Assembly: GCF_009834535.1 (NCBI RefSeq)
Contig: NC_045697.1
Span: forward strand, 50,408,001 to 50,472,000
Direction: 5' to 3'
Source of the DNA: Camelus ferus
Lineage: Eukaryota
DNA length: 64,000 nt
This document shows, piece after piece, positions 35,341 to 48,390 of the stretch. Positions within the stretch are counted from its first letter, which is position 1, and each line of letters starts with the position of its first letter. A program made the translations under genes and the position numbers. The notes under the pieces are model-generated. The model was not told the DNA's origin, ran no database searches, and worked only from the letters and a program-made list of their open reading frames with translations.

Positions 35341-35511
35341 GAGGGGAGGGTATTGATCAAGTGGTAGAGCTCAAGCCTAGCATGCACACGGTCCTGGCTT
35401 CAATCCCCAGTACCTCCATTAAAAACAATAATAAATAAATAAATCTAATTTCTTCCCCCTCCAAAAAAAAAAAAAAAACCCACAAAAACAATACTAGAAG
35501 CAACAACAAAA
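35341..35511 (+). mobile_element. tRNA-derived SINE (camelid-type)
   Basis: ggggagggtattgatcaagtggtagagc...ttcaatccccagtacctcca, A-rich tail; TSD aagaaatctgta (35328-35339) and aagaaaactgta (35512-35523). Confidence 0.9.
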
Positions 35512-35879
35512 AAGAAAACTGTACAGTGACTAGGTTAATATGATTGCCAAAGCTAAGTTAAAGAGACATTTGAAATGATACCAAGAATGAGAATTAACTG
35601 TATCCAACATGGATCATTTGTGAGAATACAGGCATGGAGGCATTCTCTTCATCTGTTCATCACCCTTAATTCCTAGCACAATTTTATGTATGTTGGATGT
35701 TCTCAGTAAATAATATTATTTATTGTATACAGGCCCCGATATAAGAACAGAAATCCATTGTTTCCTACACTAAAAAAGCAAACAGTTTAGGTTTCCATTT
35801 CCTTTACAGTAAGAGGTACCTCTAACTGGAAAGAGTACCTTTAAGTTGTAAATATTATCATATAATTTAGATAATGCAT

Positions 35880-36080
35880 ATTGAGAGTTCATGCTCTAAG
35901 GACTTTTTATATTTCATGTCATATGATCTTCATAAAACCCTATAAGGAAGTGTTACCATTCCCCTGTAACAGATGAGGAAATCAAGGGTTCATATAACTT
36001 ACTGCAGATCATGTTTATTTGATGGAAGTATAATCCAAACCTAGGTCTCTCTGCCCCAAAGTCCACGCATTTAATCACTA
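35880..36080 (-). mobile_element. MIR SINE
   Basis: aaccctataaggaag...acagatgaggaaatcaagg...aacctaggtctctctgccccaaagtccacgc. Confidence 0.7.
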
Positions 36081-36712
36081 TTACATGAAATGACTAGCAT
36101 AGTACTGGACAAGCAGTAGGGGTTCAAAAGTGTTTTTTTAAATGGAAATTAGTTGCTCAATAAACCAAATGCTAATACCAAAGTGTAAAAGAACCTAGAA
36201 ATAAGTTGACCTCTGAGTTTATAATTCATAGAGCAGAGCAGACATGGGAAATAAGTCTAGAAGATCAAAATGGCTCATAAGCCTACAAGATGTTGACTGT
36301 TGATGTAAGACTGAAAGACAAATGTGCTAATCTGAAGGGATATTTAAGATGGCTAAAGTTGGCTCTGTCCATTTGAACACATTTCCAGGAAGGGTCTTCT
36401 CTGGCCCAAGGAGTCTATCTCTTTTATTCTGGTAGCTGACACACCATTATTGAAAAAAATAGATGTATTCATCTCATTCAGTCTAATGCCATTGCAACTT
36501 TCTGATTAGAATGTGTCTTTAATTGTCCAAGGTCAGTACAGGCCAGGAGGATTCCTGTAACCAGACACATCAGCAGTCATAATTCTCATGGCAAATTACT
36601 AAATTGATATCTGGATTTCTACCTCATTCTCTGCAAGTTTAGTTAGACTACCTCTGAAAGTCAGCTTTCTCCTTCAAGAATGGCCGTGATGGTGTTCTGA
36701 ACCTGTAAGTCA

Positions 36713-37130
36713 TTCATCCATCCATTCATTTATTCAACGCCTGTTACCTATTATGTATTATGTGTTACCTGCTATATCCTGAGAACTGTGATAGACTTTA
36801 GGGATACCAAGATGAAAAAACACTTTTAAACAGTTTACAGTGCAGAAATAGAGAAAGATGAGAAGCAAACCATTACAATGCATATAAGAAGTGGTGCGAT
36901 GCTAAGGAAAAGACATGCTACCACGAGATCTACGCAGTGTGGGAATATAGCCTAAACTTAGGAGACTTAGCAAGGCTTCCTGGGAGAAGTGACATCTGGA
37001 AAGAATGAGGTGGACTAGTTAGCTGCAGAGTAGATGATTGTGTATATAAGTTCATTGTGGGAATGGGGATAAGGGTGAGGAGAAGGCTAGTGTTCCAGGC
37101 AAAGGTAACAGCATTTGCAAAGGCCTGTGT
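36713..37130 (-). mobile_element. L2 LINE 3' fragment
   Basis: ttcatccatccattcatttattcaac...aaggcttcctgggagaagtgacatctg...gtgttccaggcaaaggtaacagcatttgcaaaggcc. Confidence 0.75.
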
Positions 37131-38483
37131 CGAATAAGGACCCAGGGGCTAGCTCCTGACAGAGCTCTTCCACTAGCTGGCTGGGCCAGTGTCAGCAGCC
37201 TTACAACCTTACAACGAAATAGATCAGCTAAGATATATTTGATGTTTTATCCTTATAACAGCAAGCACTCTTCTTCTGTGATCTCTTTCCTTTTACACGA
37301 GCTGCATAAACAGACAGGAAGCCAGCGCCCAGGCAGTCGGTGGCACGCTGCTGGATTTGATCCTTTATGACATCATCTTGCTTCGTTTCATCATGTTTTG
37401 AGAAAGACTGCGGCACTGTTGCTGTGGCAGTTGTATTAAACATGAGTCATTCCAGAGACCTTAACATATGTAGCATCCTTCATGCACTCAAGAGTTCTCA
37501 ATATATGCACTGTTTGCAAATGACATGTAGTTCAGGGACTTGGAGTCTACAGTTGGAAGCTTCTAATATAGTTCTGTAAAACTATATAGAAGGAATCAAA
37601 GAATGACTTTCACAGTGCAAGATGAAAAAAACTCTTCAGGATTTCAACATAAATAAAGGCGGATTTTAGTACAGAACAATATTGGAAATAGTACAAAATA
37701 GTAGAGAATATTGATATATCTTACACATGAAATCTTCTGTGTGTGTTACTTAATGTTGATCTGAGTTTTACTCAATACAAGGAACGTCAGTGGCGGGGTA
37801 GGATAACGTGGGTGGGTTGCTGTGATGCCTCCTAAATCATTAACATGTCTCCTTGCAGCAACCATGTATCTGTTTTAAGAATATTTTCCCTTCAACTTCT
37901 TATGTATTCAAGATGTCCAAAGCACATCTTAGAAAAAAACACATTCAACACGCTTTGTTTATGAGAGAGAAAAAAAAAAAACGTCTAAATATAAAACCCA
38001 AAAAAAAAGAAACTTCCTAGAACCAAGCCTTCTTAAATTCTTCTTGGCATGTCAATGAATAAAGAAAATTGACCGGATCACGGAATTTAAAACAAGCCGT
38101 TTCTTCATCTCATTGTTGAATTTTCAGATTAATTATTGGACATGGTTAAGTCAAATCAAGAGTGGAAGTCTGAATAAAATAGTTTGGCAGGGGCTCCTGC
38201 TTCCACTGCCGCTTCCCCAGTGCCATTTCTCAGATGCAGCCCTTGGCGTCCTCTTGTTTCCGGGCCTTCCGTGGTCTTTTGTAATTTCGTATAATGCAGT
38301 GGTAGCTCTGTTCTTGACTGACCAGTTTTAGCCATTGCTTCCTTTCCCCAGTGAAGAAAAAGAAATTTAATAACTAATACTGTCTCCCAATCTCATTAGT
38401 CCTCAATTTTTTTGTAACGTTGTAGTTGTAATTTTATCACTTGCCTTTATAACTTTGAACAACATACTTAAAACATTGTTTTG

Positions 38484-38664
38484 TAAACAACAAGTTTCTT
38501 CTGTATAGCACAAGGAACTATATTCAATATCTCGTAGTAATCCACAATGGAAAAGAATATGAAAATGAGTATCTGTATGTGTACGTATGACTGAAACATT
38601 ATGCTGTGTGCCAGAAATTGACATTATAAACTGACATATTATACTTCAATAAAAAAGAACAAAC
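38484..38664 (+). mobile_element. Short L1 3'-end insertion
   Basis: ctgtatagcacaaggaactatattcaatatct...tatacttcaataaaaaa; TSD aaacattgttttg (38471-38483) and aaatattgtcttg (38665-38677). Confidence 0.85.
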
Positions 38665-39049
38665 AAATATTGTCTTGGATTTATTGACTTTTCATAGGGA
38701 ATACTGACTCCTTTCAAATGAAAAATAGAAACAAGTTCACTTTACTCTTTTTCACTTCTTCTCTTTATGCTTTTTCACTTCCTAGTCTCCTTCTAATGGT
38801 TACTACATTAACCTTACCTTATAACTTTGAGGTCTTACGTTATTACTATAATCAGTGTCAGTTGGCTTTTTTATTAGATAATTTTAAGATTGAAAATACA
38901 TAGCACTTGCGGCATTCTAGAACTGAGCGATATATTGCATCTATAGAGAAACAAATGTCATTTAAATTTTGTCACTCAAAGGAGAATCTTCCTAGCATCT
39001 CTGGCTATCTCAAGTGTCTTTAGTTTCCTTCTCTTCTTGTGGGTTGCAG

Positions 39050-39420
39050 TCAGCTGCTACTCTTTCTTGAACCATATATCATGCTCCTTCCTCTTCTCCC
39101 CATTTAGTTTTTTCTTTCCCTGGAGTATCTCCTCAGATAAACTTTCTGACATCGGGTGTGTGGGATGTTAGTAGTCCAAGTTCTTATCTATCTTAAAATG
39201 TATTTTCTTCTACATTTTGCTGATAGTTGACTACAAATCAAATTCTAGTTTCAAAATAGTTCTGCTCCAAACCTTATAGTCACTGCTTCACTACCTTCTA
39301 ATGCTCAGCATTGCTGCCGGCAGGTTCCGCGTCCTCAGTCTGCCGCTCACTTCTTTTAGGATACCTCTCATTTGTCTCTGTGAAAGCTTTTAGGATTTTT
39401 CTCTTAGGACATCTGGTTAT
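39050..39420 (-). mobile_element. Ancient HAL1/L1 ORF1-like fragment
   Basis: tgatagttgactacaaatcaaattctagtttcaaaatag...cactgcttcactaccttctaatgctcagcattgctg pattern. Confidence 0.45.
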
Positions 39421-40514
39421 GGATTTTAGTTATTGCTTTTAAATCAAAAAGAAAATTTGCATTTTCTTTTAATAGGAGTAAGTAAATTTACGTTTTCCAG
39501 CTGTAATTTGAACTGAATTGTTAGTGCAATAAGTAAAAAAGCTTAATAGCGCAGCCAGTGAAATGCAGGTCAGCATTTAAGTTCCTTGATGCATTTTTAA
39601 ATGGGAAATGTGTGATGATGCATTTTTATCATCAAATATTTTATACAAACAAAAGCATATTTATGATATGTATGTAATGGTACAAGAGAAGTGTTAAAAA
39701 AGAGAGAACACTTGGTATCCATTTCCTAGTCTCAATATAATTGACTGTCACCTTCATTATGTTAGGAAATCATTTGAAATAGATTTCTAATCAGGCATGA
39801 TGATTTTTTTCCCCAAATGATTGTTATTTAAATCATTGATCATCACATTACTGTTTTCCTCTACACGTTTCTTAATGCATTTCCATTACAAAGCTTTAAT
39901 TTACATCAAAAGAAACTCAGCCTAAGAGGAACTACGTGGGATACAAAGAAAGAGCCAGGCTTGGCTTTCTATAAACATACCATGCACGACGTCTGAGTCA
40001 TGAGCTTTTTGTTGACTGTTTACTTTCCCTGTTGTCAGCACGGTAGAGCGAACACCAACAATCTGGAAGTGAGTTACACGCTATTCTTAATTTATTACTA
40101 TCAGCTCTTAGTAACTTGGGGACTCATTATGTACTCTGCGAACTGGTTTCTTTTCCTTACTGTGACCTGGAAAATGTTCTTGTGCTAGAGCACTAGAACC
40201 TTTAAAACCAGAACTTTTATCACAGTGTCAAAGTGATGAACAAAGGACATCAGAAAAGACAAAATTCAGACAAGTATGATACTTAACTCTGGTTAAAAGA
40301 TTTAACCAATCTTCATAGAATTCTGCAGTAAACTTTTAAAATTCTTTGACATTATCAGAGAGGAAGCTTAAGCTTTTGGCTAAGGTGTTGATGGAGATGA
40401 TAATTAGTCAAAAAAAAAAAAAAGGATTCCTTGACTCTTGATGGAGACGATCTAACAATTAGGGGGGCTTACACTCTTTATTCTTCTTTAGTACATACAT
40501 TTATCTAAATACAG

Positions 40515-41170
40515 AATATCACTAATCATCAAGGAAATGCAAATTAAAGTTGCAACCAGGTATCACCTCACAGCTGTTAAAATGGCTGGTATCAAAAAGA
40601 TGTGAGAAGTATTGTTGAGAATGTGGAGAAAAGGGAGTGCTTTCACACTGCTGCAGGAGACGTAAATTGGTATAGCCATCAGGGAAAATAGCATGGAGTT
40701 TCCTCAAAAAATTGAAAATAAAACTACATAATTTAACAATCCCATATCTGGGTGTATATCCAAAGGAAATAGAATCACTATTTCCAAGAGAAATCTGTAC
40801 CCCATGTTCATTTCAGCATTACTCACCACAGCCAAGACATGGAAACAGCTTAAGTGTCCACTGATGGATGAATGGATAAAGAAAATGTGAGATTTTATAT
40901 ATATATTATATATAATATATAATATAATATATAAAGTGGAATAAGTCAGACAGAGAAAGACAAATACTGTACAATTTCACTTCTATATGAAATGTAAAAA
41001 GACAAACTCAAAAAGAAGCAGAGTAGAATGGTGGTTGCTGGGTTGAGGGGAATGGAAGAAATGGGAAGATGTTGGTCAAAGGGTACAAAATTTCAGTTAT
41101 AAGATGAACAAGCTCCGGGAATCTAAGGTAAAACACGATGAATATTAAAAAAATTCAATAAAAATTCAAT
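40515..41170 (+). mobile_element. L1 (L1MA-like) ORF2 end and 3'UTR
   Basis: atcactaatcatcaaggaaatgcaaattaaa...aagtgtccactgatggatgaatggataaagaaaatgtg...ttggtcaaagggtacaaaatttcagttataagatga. Confidence 0.88.
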
Positions 41171-41719
41171 AAAATAATACAGAATAATGAGATAAGTATC
41201 AAATAATATGAACATTATTCAGTAGTGGATAAAAGCATGGATTTTGGAGTGACAGACTAGCTTCAAATCTTGGTACTTCTAATGGCTACATGTATGACTT
41301 GGAAAGTTAATCTCTGATTGCCTCAATTTACTTGTCTACAAAATGGTAGTGTTATTGTGTCTTAACCGATTGTTGTGAAGGTTTACTAAAATAACCCATG
41401 TGAAGCACAGGCTAATTGCAAGGACTCAAACATTTTTTCTTAAATGTTTTTCTTCTGCTTTTGCCTGAAATACATTTCCCACTCTTTGACTACCTTGTAT
41501 TAGCCTTCAATTTAGACAGTAATTCCTCTAACAAAACCTTCCATGACTTTTGCCCCCAAATTCAGGTTGCATGTTCTTTCTACGTATGCCCTAAGTACCC
41601 TGTACTTCTCCCACTATACTGTGCCACATTGCAATTCCCTGTGGCTGCCACATGTTCCTAATTGCACTAAGATCTTGAGGAGAGTGGTATAGTTCATTAA
41701 AAACCTTTTTTCATCCATA

Positions 41720-43109
41720 CTTACACAGTCAACTGACTTTCCACCAAGGTGCCAAGTCAATTGAAGCAGGAAAGTATTTGTAATAAACATGACTGTAACA
41801 ACTGGATATCCATGTATCCATATGGAAACAAACTATGACTCCTAACTCATTACATAAAATTAATTCTAGCTCATCTTTGATCTAAATGTAAAACCCAGAG
41901 CCTTAAAACTTCTTGAATTGCTCTGTCTACTATGGTTGTCACTAGCTGTATCTATTTAAATTAAATAAAATTTAAAAATCATTTTCTCAGCCATAGTAGG
42001 CACATATAAATTGCTGAATAGCTTGATATGCCTAGAAGCCACAGTGTTGGATGGTGCATCTGAGGCAGAATGCTCAAATCATTGAAAGTTCTATTACACT
42101 GTGCTGTTCTAAAAAAAATGTATGAAAATATGTTTAAGACTTTGGTGTAGGCAAAGACTTTCTGGACAGGACATAAAAACATTAAACCATAAAAGAAAAA
42201 AAATGATATTTTGGACTTCAAATTTTCTGAGTCTCAAAAGTCACTATTAAGAAACTGAATAGACAAGCCACAGACTAGAAAATGTATTTATCATACATAT
42301 ATCTGATGAAGAGTTTGTATCTGTATTATGTAAAGAATTCAGTCAAACTGACAATACAAAAATGAACAACCCAATAAAATAATAGGCAAAAACTTGAAAA
42401 GGCATTACACAAAGAATATGTGAATGAGAAAGTACTCAATATCATTAGTTGTCAAGGAAATGAAAATCACAGTAAAATACCATTTCACACTCTTCAGAAT
42501 GGCTAAAATAGAAGACTGACAACACAAAATGTTGGTAATGATGAAGACGAACAAGATCTCTCCTGTATTGCCAGTGGGAGTATGAAATGGTGTAACTACT
42601 TCAGAAAACTCTTTGGCAGTTTTTAATAAAGCTAAATACACTTCTCAATTATGACCTAGCAAATCCACTTCTATGTATTTGCTGAAGAGAGCTGAAGGTT
42701 GTTCAGAGCAATCATATTTATAATTGCCCCAACAGGAAACAACCCATGTCCATCAACAGAAGAATAGATATGCAAATGGTGGTATATTGGTGTTGTAGAA
42801 AAATACTCAACAATAAAGAAGAGTGATACATACAATAACACGGATGAACCTCAAAAGCATTTTATTAAGGGAAAGCAGCCAGACAAAAAAGCTTAAATAT
42901 TGTACTGTTTCAATTTTATGAGGTCCAAGAATAGGCAAAATTAAGGTACAGGGGCATAATTCAGAAAGTAGATACTTTAGGAGCAGGGGGAGGGGTGAAT
43001 TGATTGGAAAATAGACTAAGGAACTTTCTGGGGCTAATAAAAACATTTTATATCTGGCTTTGGGTGATGGCTGCGTGTATGTATTGTCCATGTCAAAAAC
43101 TCATTAAAC
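41720..43109 (+). mobile_element. Older L1 (L1MB/MC-like) 3' part, interrupted by MER3
   Basis: tgactttccaccaaggtgccaag, aatagacaagccacagactagaaa, cattagttgtcaaggaaatgaaaat, ggatgaacctcaaaagcatt motifs. Confidence 0.8.
41918..42106 (-). mobile_element. MER3-like hAT-Charlie DNA transposon nested in L1
   Basis: Minus strand CAGCACAGTGTAATAGAACTTTC...AT-rich core...GCTAGTGACAACCATAGTAGACAGAGCA; flanked by ttcttgaa and ttctaaaa. Confidence 0.75.
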
Positions 43110-44002
43110 TGAGGTCAGGGGTCCAGAGTGAGACTCCAGATAGATACGCAAAAAAGGACAGAAACTCAAGGTCTCAATAGAATGAACAAAAGTCTAATTA
43201 CCGGAACTATATAAGCATATAGTCACCATAATCAGGGAGGACTGGTGGAGGCACCAATAGTGATCCGAGAAGGACCAACAGCAAACATGGCTTAATGTTG
43301 AACCACCAAACAGGTGGCCAAGGACATTTTAAATCCTGTCAACCTCAATAGAAACACAACTGGTCTTAGTATATTGTATAGGGATAGGGCTGTTATAAAG
43401 AGTATCTTTGAGAGCAATGAGCCACCAGTTACATCAGGACTTCAATCTTAGATCTCACACTAAAATGGCTACACTTACTCTAGAGGCACCTGCCCTGTTT
43501 AGGGAGCAGATATTCCTGCTACATCTCTTCATTCCTGAGGGCTGAGTTAGGAGGAGGGAAGTTACTGTACTCCTTTCCAAAGTTTTCCATTTAAAACTAA
43601 ATTCCACTTCTTTCTTCTTTCTTCCTATCTCATCCTTTCCATATCCCATCCCCCTAACTTCTCCCTAACCTTAGTTCAAGACATGAGTATTTCCTTAAAA
43701 AGTTACAAAGATAGCAAAAAAAAAAAAATTTATTGTTAAAGGTTGTTCAGCAAAGAACATAAAAAGCAAATTGAGAGGGGCAGAAATTGCACGAAAGGTG
43801 GGTGATATCTGCAGTAAGAGAGAAACAAAATCTAAATTCATCTTGAGCCAGATATTTTGGTACAAGGTGTAAATAGAGGAAAGGTGGCTCTCTGTTTAGC
43901 CTTATTTTCTGCAATAGGAGACATAGTTATATAAAACAAACCAAAAAATATTTTTTGAAAATGACAATCCTGATGCCCAGAGCTTTAATAGATTTGTTTT
44001 CT

Positions 44003-44105
44003 TCCTTCTGTCCTCCCTTCCTTCCTTCCTCCCTCCCTCCTTTCCTTCCTTCCTTCCTTTCTTCCTTCCTTTCTTCCTCCCTCTTCTCTTCCTCCTTTTC
44101 CTTCA
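44003..44105 (+). repeat. (TTCC)n-like polypyrimidine tract
   Basis: About 100 bp of almost pure C/T. Confidence 0.9.
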
Positions 44106-44939
44106 TTTATCCTTCTTCTGATAATAAATTAAGACAAATTTACAGTGGAAATGAGAGCTCAGGGAGAGAAGCATGTTCACAAACAGGCAGAAGAAACAAA
44201 TTATCAACATTTTTTCCGTATTGCAAGAAATTCTATCATTGCTAAAGCCATCATGTTTAGACACTGTGTGTAATGTGGAGTAAGGAGTGGGGTCAGTGGT
44301 AATCGAGTTGGTTTCCTTTTTCACACATCATCACCCTTTTGGGTCATCATGGTATAGCAAAAAGCATTAGCTTTGGGATCAAAACTAGCTTTATTTATAT
44401 GATCTCAAACAGGCTATTCAAAACTCTTTTAACCTCAGTTTCCCCATATGGGTAAATGGGAATAACTAGGAATATTTTATAAGGTTGTTTTGAAAGCTGT
44501 GATTGCTCCTGATCCATGGTAGATACCAGTGAAAGTTAGTTCCCTCTGTGTCCTACTTCCTTGGATGATTTATGTCTTTCAGTTCTCCCCCATGTAACCA
44601 TTGTTTCCCTTATCATCAACAAAAAAGTAAGACAGATAGAAGTTGATCCTTGGTAATAGAAATAAAAACATCTTCTGTTTGTAAATTACTTCACAGTGTA
44701 CAAATGTTTTCCCATGCATAAATTAAGAGCATCTAGAGAAAGAAATAAGAGAGTAAGATGAAAGAGAATCCCCAGGACCTATTCATCTTCTGGGTTCTGG
44801 CTCATAGAAGGACTAATCCGTATACTTACCCAGAATTTGCTACTTCTGTTTGCTTCAGCTTTCACATGACCAGTTATATAGTTGTAACATCTAAGCTTCA
44901 TTCATTGTTTTCATCTGTATAATTTATACCACATATTTT

Positions 44940-45330
44940 GTTCCATTCATTCTTATTTAATAAATTTTTACTTAATATAAATATATTTTAAAGCACCATG
45001 TGCCAGTTGCTTTTCTAGACATAGGAGATAAGCAGTGAACTAGACATATGAGGCCCCTGTTCTCATTCTAATGTAGCAACACAGACAAACTAATCAATAA
45101 ATAAAAATAATTCCAAATGTTGATAAGACTATGAAGAAAATAAAATGAGTTAGAGAGGGCTGGGGTTACAGCAGCTACTATACATTGAGAGGGTTGAGGA
45201 AGTTCTCTGAGTATGCCTTTGAGCTGGGATGAGTGATGAGGAAACAACATGCAAAGATTTAGGAGGACAATGTTCAAGGCAGAGGAAAAGCAAGAGCAAA
45301 ATCCCTGAGGCTGGAGTTGTTTTAGGGCAT
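44940..45330 (-). mobile_element. L2 LINE 3' fragment
   Basis: cattcattc...atgtgccag...agataagcagtgaactagaca...ttcaaggcagaggaaaagcaagagcaaaatccctgaggctggag. Confidence 0.75.
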
Positions 45331-47739
45331 AACATGCTTTCCTAGGAGCCCTTAAAACCAAGCATGCAGTGGAACAAATAATCGTATTGGAATTGTGTGT
45401 TCTATAAAGATGGTAGAGTTACAAGCCTGCCCAGTCTCCCATTCTCAACTGAATAAAATGGACTAAGATTTTTTTTTCAGTCTCCAAGTTAATAATCTAT
45501 GCTCACTCACATCTACAAGGAGAACCAGGTTTCTGTGTCCCCAGAAGAGACTTAGTAAATTACTTAATAGAGTGAATTCTATTAAATTTTATTCTTTGAC
45601 TTTTCCTACCATTTGAGGAAGTGTCCAGAGGAATGCAGGAGTTTTGTTCAGGTTCCCTCCCTGCTTTCACTCCCACTTCCTTTCTTTCTCTCTACAGAGG
45701 CAGTGTGACATCCTGGATAAGGAAATGATGTATATCTTCTACCACCCACTTAGAAATACTTTGGTACCATTGGCCATGATTGTTATTCTCTCATCCCCAC
45801 CCCCATCTCTAGCCTTGCCTACCCAGCATGAGAACATGGAAACTTATTTTGGAATTTGTGAACTAAGTGGTCCCCAAAGTTAACCTTGCTTATCCTTAGG
45901 TGGTTATATTAAGGGTGATTTTTTTCACTGTGCAATGCTGTGGGGTTTTTTTGTAACATATATAAAAAGCTAGTTTTCTTATTTTTAAAGATGTGTCATC
46001 TCATAAAACTAGACAATATCAGAAAACAATCTTGATTTTTTTTCCCCAGTGGTTACATCAGTCACTAGTCATTGCATGCTAAAAGGGGGGCCATTTTTCA
46101 TTTGAGGTGGCCATGTAGCCTTGTTTTATACAGGTGTACCCCATTTTGGCAAACAGTGTATGTTAAAATCTTTGCTTACAAAAGATAAATGTTGGTAGTT
46201 GGGTAGGAATAACTCTTCATTTTCTTTATTTTAAAGCATTCCTCAGAGTACTATTTTCAGTAGCAAAGATGTCATAATGCGTTTAAAATAAATTCGATTC
46301 AGTCACAAATGTTAAGGACATCTCTCACACAGAGGGAATTAAACTTGCTGGATGTAACAAGGGCTTCGGATAAGAGAAACAGTTTGAAAAAGGATATGAT
46401 ATCACTCATCTCTTTAGGAAAGCATTTCTCTGTCTTAGAGTTAGAGCTCCAGGCAGAGGAAACAGGAAGGCGGGGAGAAAATGGACAGGTTCCAGAGGAG
46501 ACAATGGGTCATGGAGAATGAATGAGTCAACTGGCATCAGAGGGCGTGTAGTGAGGGGATGGGGAAGACGGAAGAAAGGAAGCAGTGGGGCCTTTGAATG
46601 CCCTCACTCCCACACCCATACACACACACCAGGCTCCTGGGGTACATGAACAGTCTTCAGTGTCAGGACAGAGTCACTGTGTTCCCCAAGCAACCAAATC
46701 ACTGCCAGAAACCAGAGTGGCTCTGGGGAAGACTCTGACACACCAAAGTTAGAGAGATGATGAAAGAAGAAGAATCACTTAGATGAGCATTGTAATAGAT
46801 GAGCATTGTAAATTGTCAGCATTTTGGGCTTCTATTTAGAAAGGGTGGGAAGGAAATGAGAAACCACTTCTTGAAGAGAAGCAACACAAAGAAAGTATGT
46901 GGCTTTTAGTTAGTTATTTTAAGGTATCCCAGAGGTCTCTCTATATTATCTATGTGAGATAATTTAATATTTTTATTAATATTTTGCTAATATTTAATAC
47001 TTTAAGACAGAAGGGCCATCGCTTATATATCTACTTCTGCACCTCAGACCTCTAGCAGACATACTCAACCTTTGCCCAAGTTTTTTTATCATATCTTGTT
47101 CATCATACTTACATTCCCAGCATTTAAAATTTTTTAAATTTATGTAACACTTTATATGCCAAGGATCTTAAAATTCTTCCCAGAATTTTCTTACTTAATG
47201 CTTACACACTTTTAATTAAACAGATGGAAACACTATGTAAATTCATATGCCATAGATAGTAATTAAACATTATGTGCCCTCTTGAAACAAAGAAATAGAC
47301 AAAATAAAAATAAGACTGTAGTCTTTCTCAAATTAATGTTCTATTTTTTTGACTCTGTTTTTCTGAAGCAAACCCCAAAATTCTTGGAAATAAAAGTAAG
47401 ACTTTCATTTCACCATCATACCCCTCCAAAACAATCTATTAAACCATAAATGGGATTATTTTAGTCCTATAACTAGGAGCTCTTCCCATAAGAAGAAAAA
47501 CTAACCACCCTCCAATTAGAAAAAATAAAAAAAGAACAACTTCATCATCAAAAGTGCCTGGGTGATTTGGCCTCTGCCTGCCTGTCCACACTAGGGTGGT
47601 AGCATACATCTTGGTTTAAAGCTAATTGTCTTAAAGTCATTATTAAGAATGCATTCTGCTACTCTCAGAAATATTGCCTGATGATAAATTAGGTGGGTGG
47701 TCGTTGAACTTCAATCTCATTTCTTTAAGCCTTCTCTTT

Positions 47740-48160
47740 TACACTACATTTGAGCCACACTGGCCATCCAGAAATGTCTGAGGACAACGTTTCATGAGGA
47801 AGCTAACTCTTTCATGCCTTAGGAGCCAAGCCCAGGGCACCCTTCTGCCTCTATATGTGGCTAACAGTTAGGCACCTTTCAAGTCTACTGACACATATCT
47901 ACACACTCATGTAAAAATCTGTTAATCTCTTTTATTATGTTCTTCATCGCACTAAATTTATAGTAATATATTTGCATACGTATTTATTTCTGTAGTATTT
48001 GTCATCTCCACAGGACTCTGAGGCAAAGACAGGACTGGTTCTGAATTGGTTCTCTACTGAGGCCTATAAGGGTTGCTATAAATATGGTTACCCAGTGCCT
48101 ACCACAGAGCCTGGAACATAGTAGGCACTCAATGTATTTGTTCAATAAATAAAGGAATGA
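47740..48160 (+). mobile_element. L2 LINE 3' fragment
   Basis: cccagtgcctaccacagagcctggaacatagtaggcactcaatgtatttgtt terminus. Confidence 0.65.
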
Positions 48161-48247
48161 CAAAGTCATAGCATGACCTCATGAAATCAGTTTTCAAGAA
48201 TTCAATTAAAATCAGCCTCTATTGAACTGTAACTCTGTGTGAGACGG

Positions 48248-48390
48248 AGTGGTTCAAGGACCATCAGCATCAGAGGGTGATTAATATAAAGGCTGAACCT
48301 CGGGTCCAAACCTGCTGAATCACAATCTGCTATTTAACAAGATACCCAGGTGATTCCAATTGTACACTGAGATCTGAATGCACTAACTTA
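48248..48390. mobile_element. MER5A-like DNA transposon remnant
   Basis: cagcatca...cctgctgaatcacaatctgctatttaacaagatacccaggtgattcc. Confidence 0.65.
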
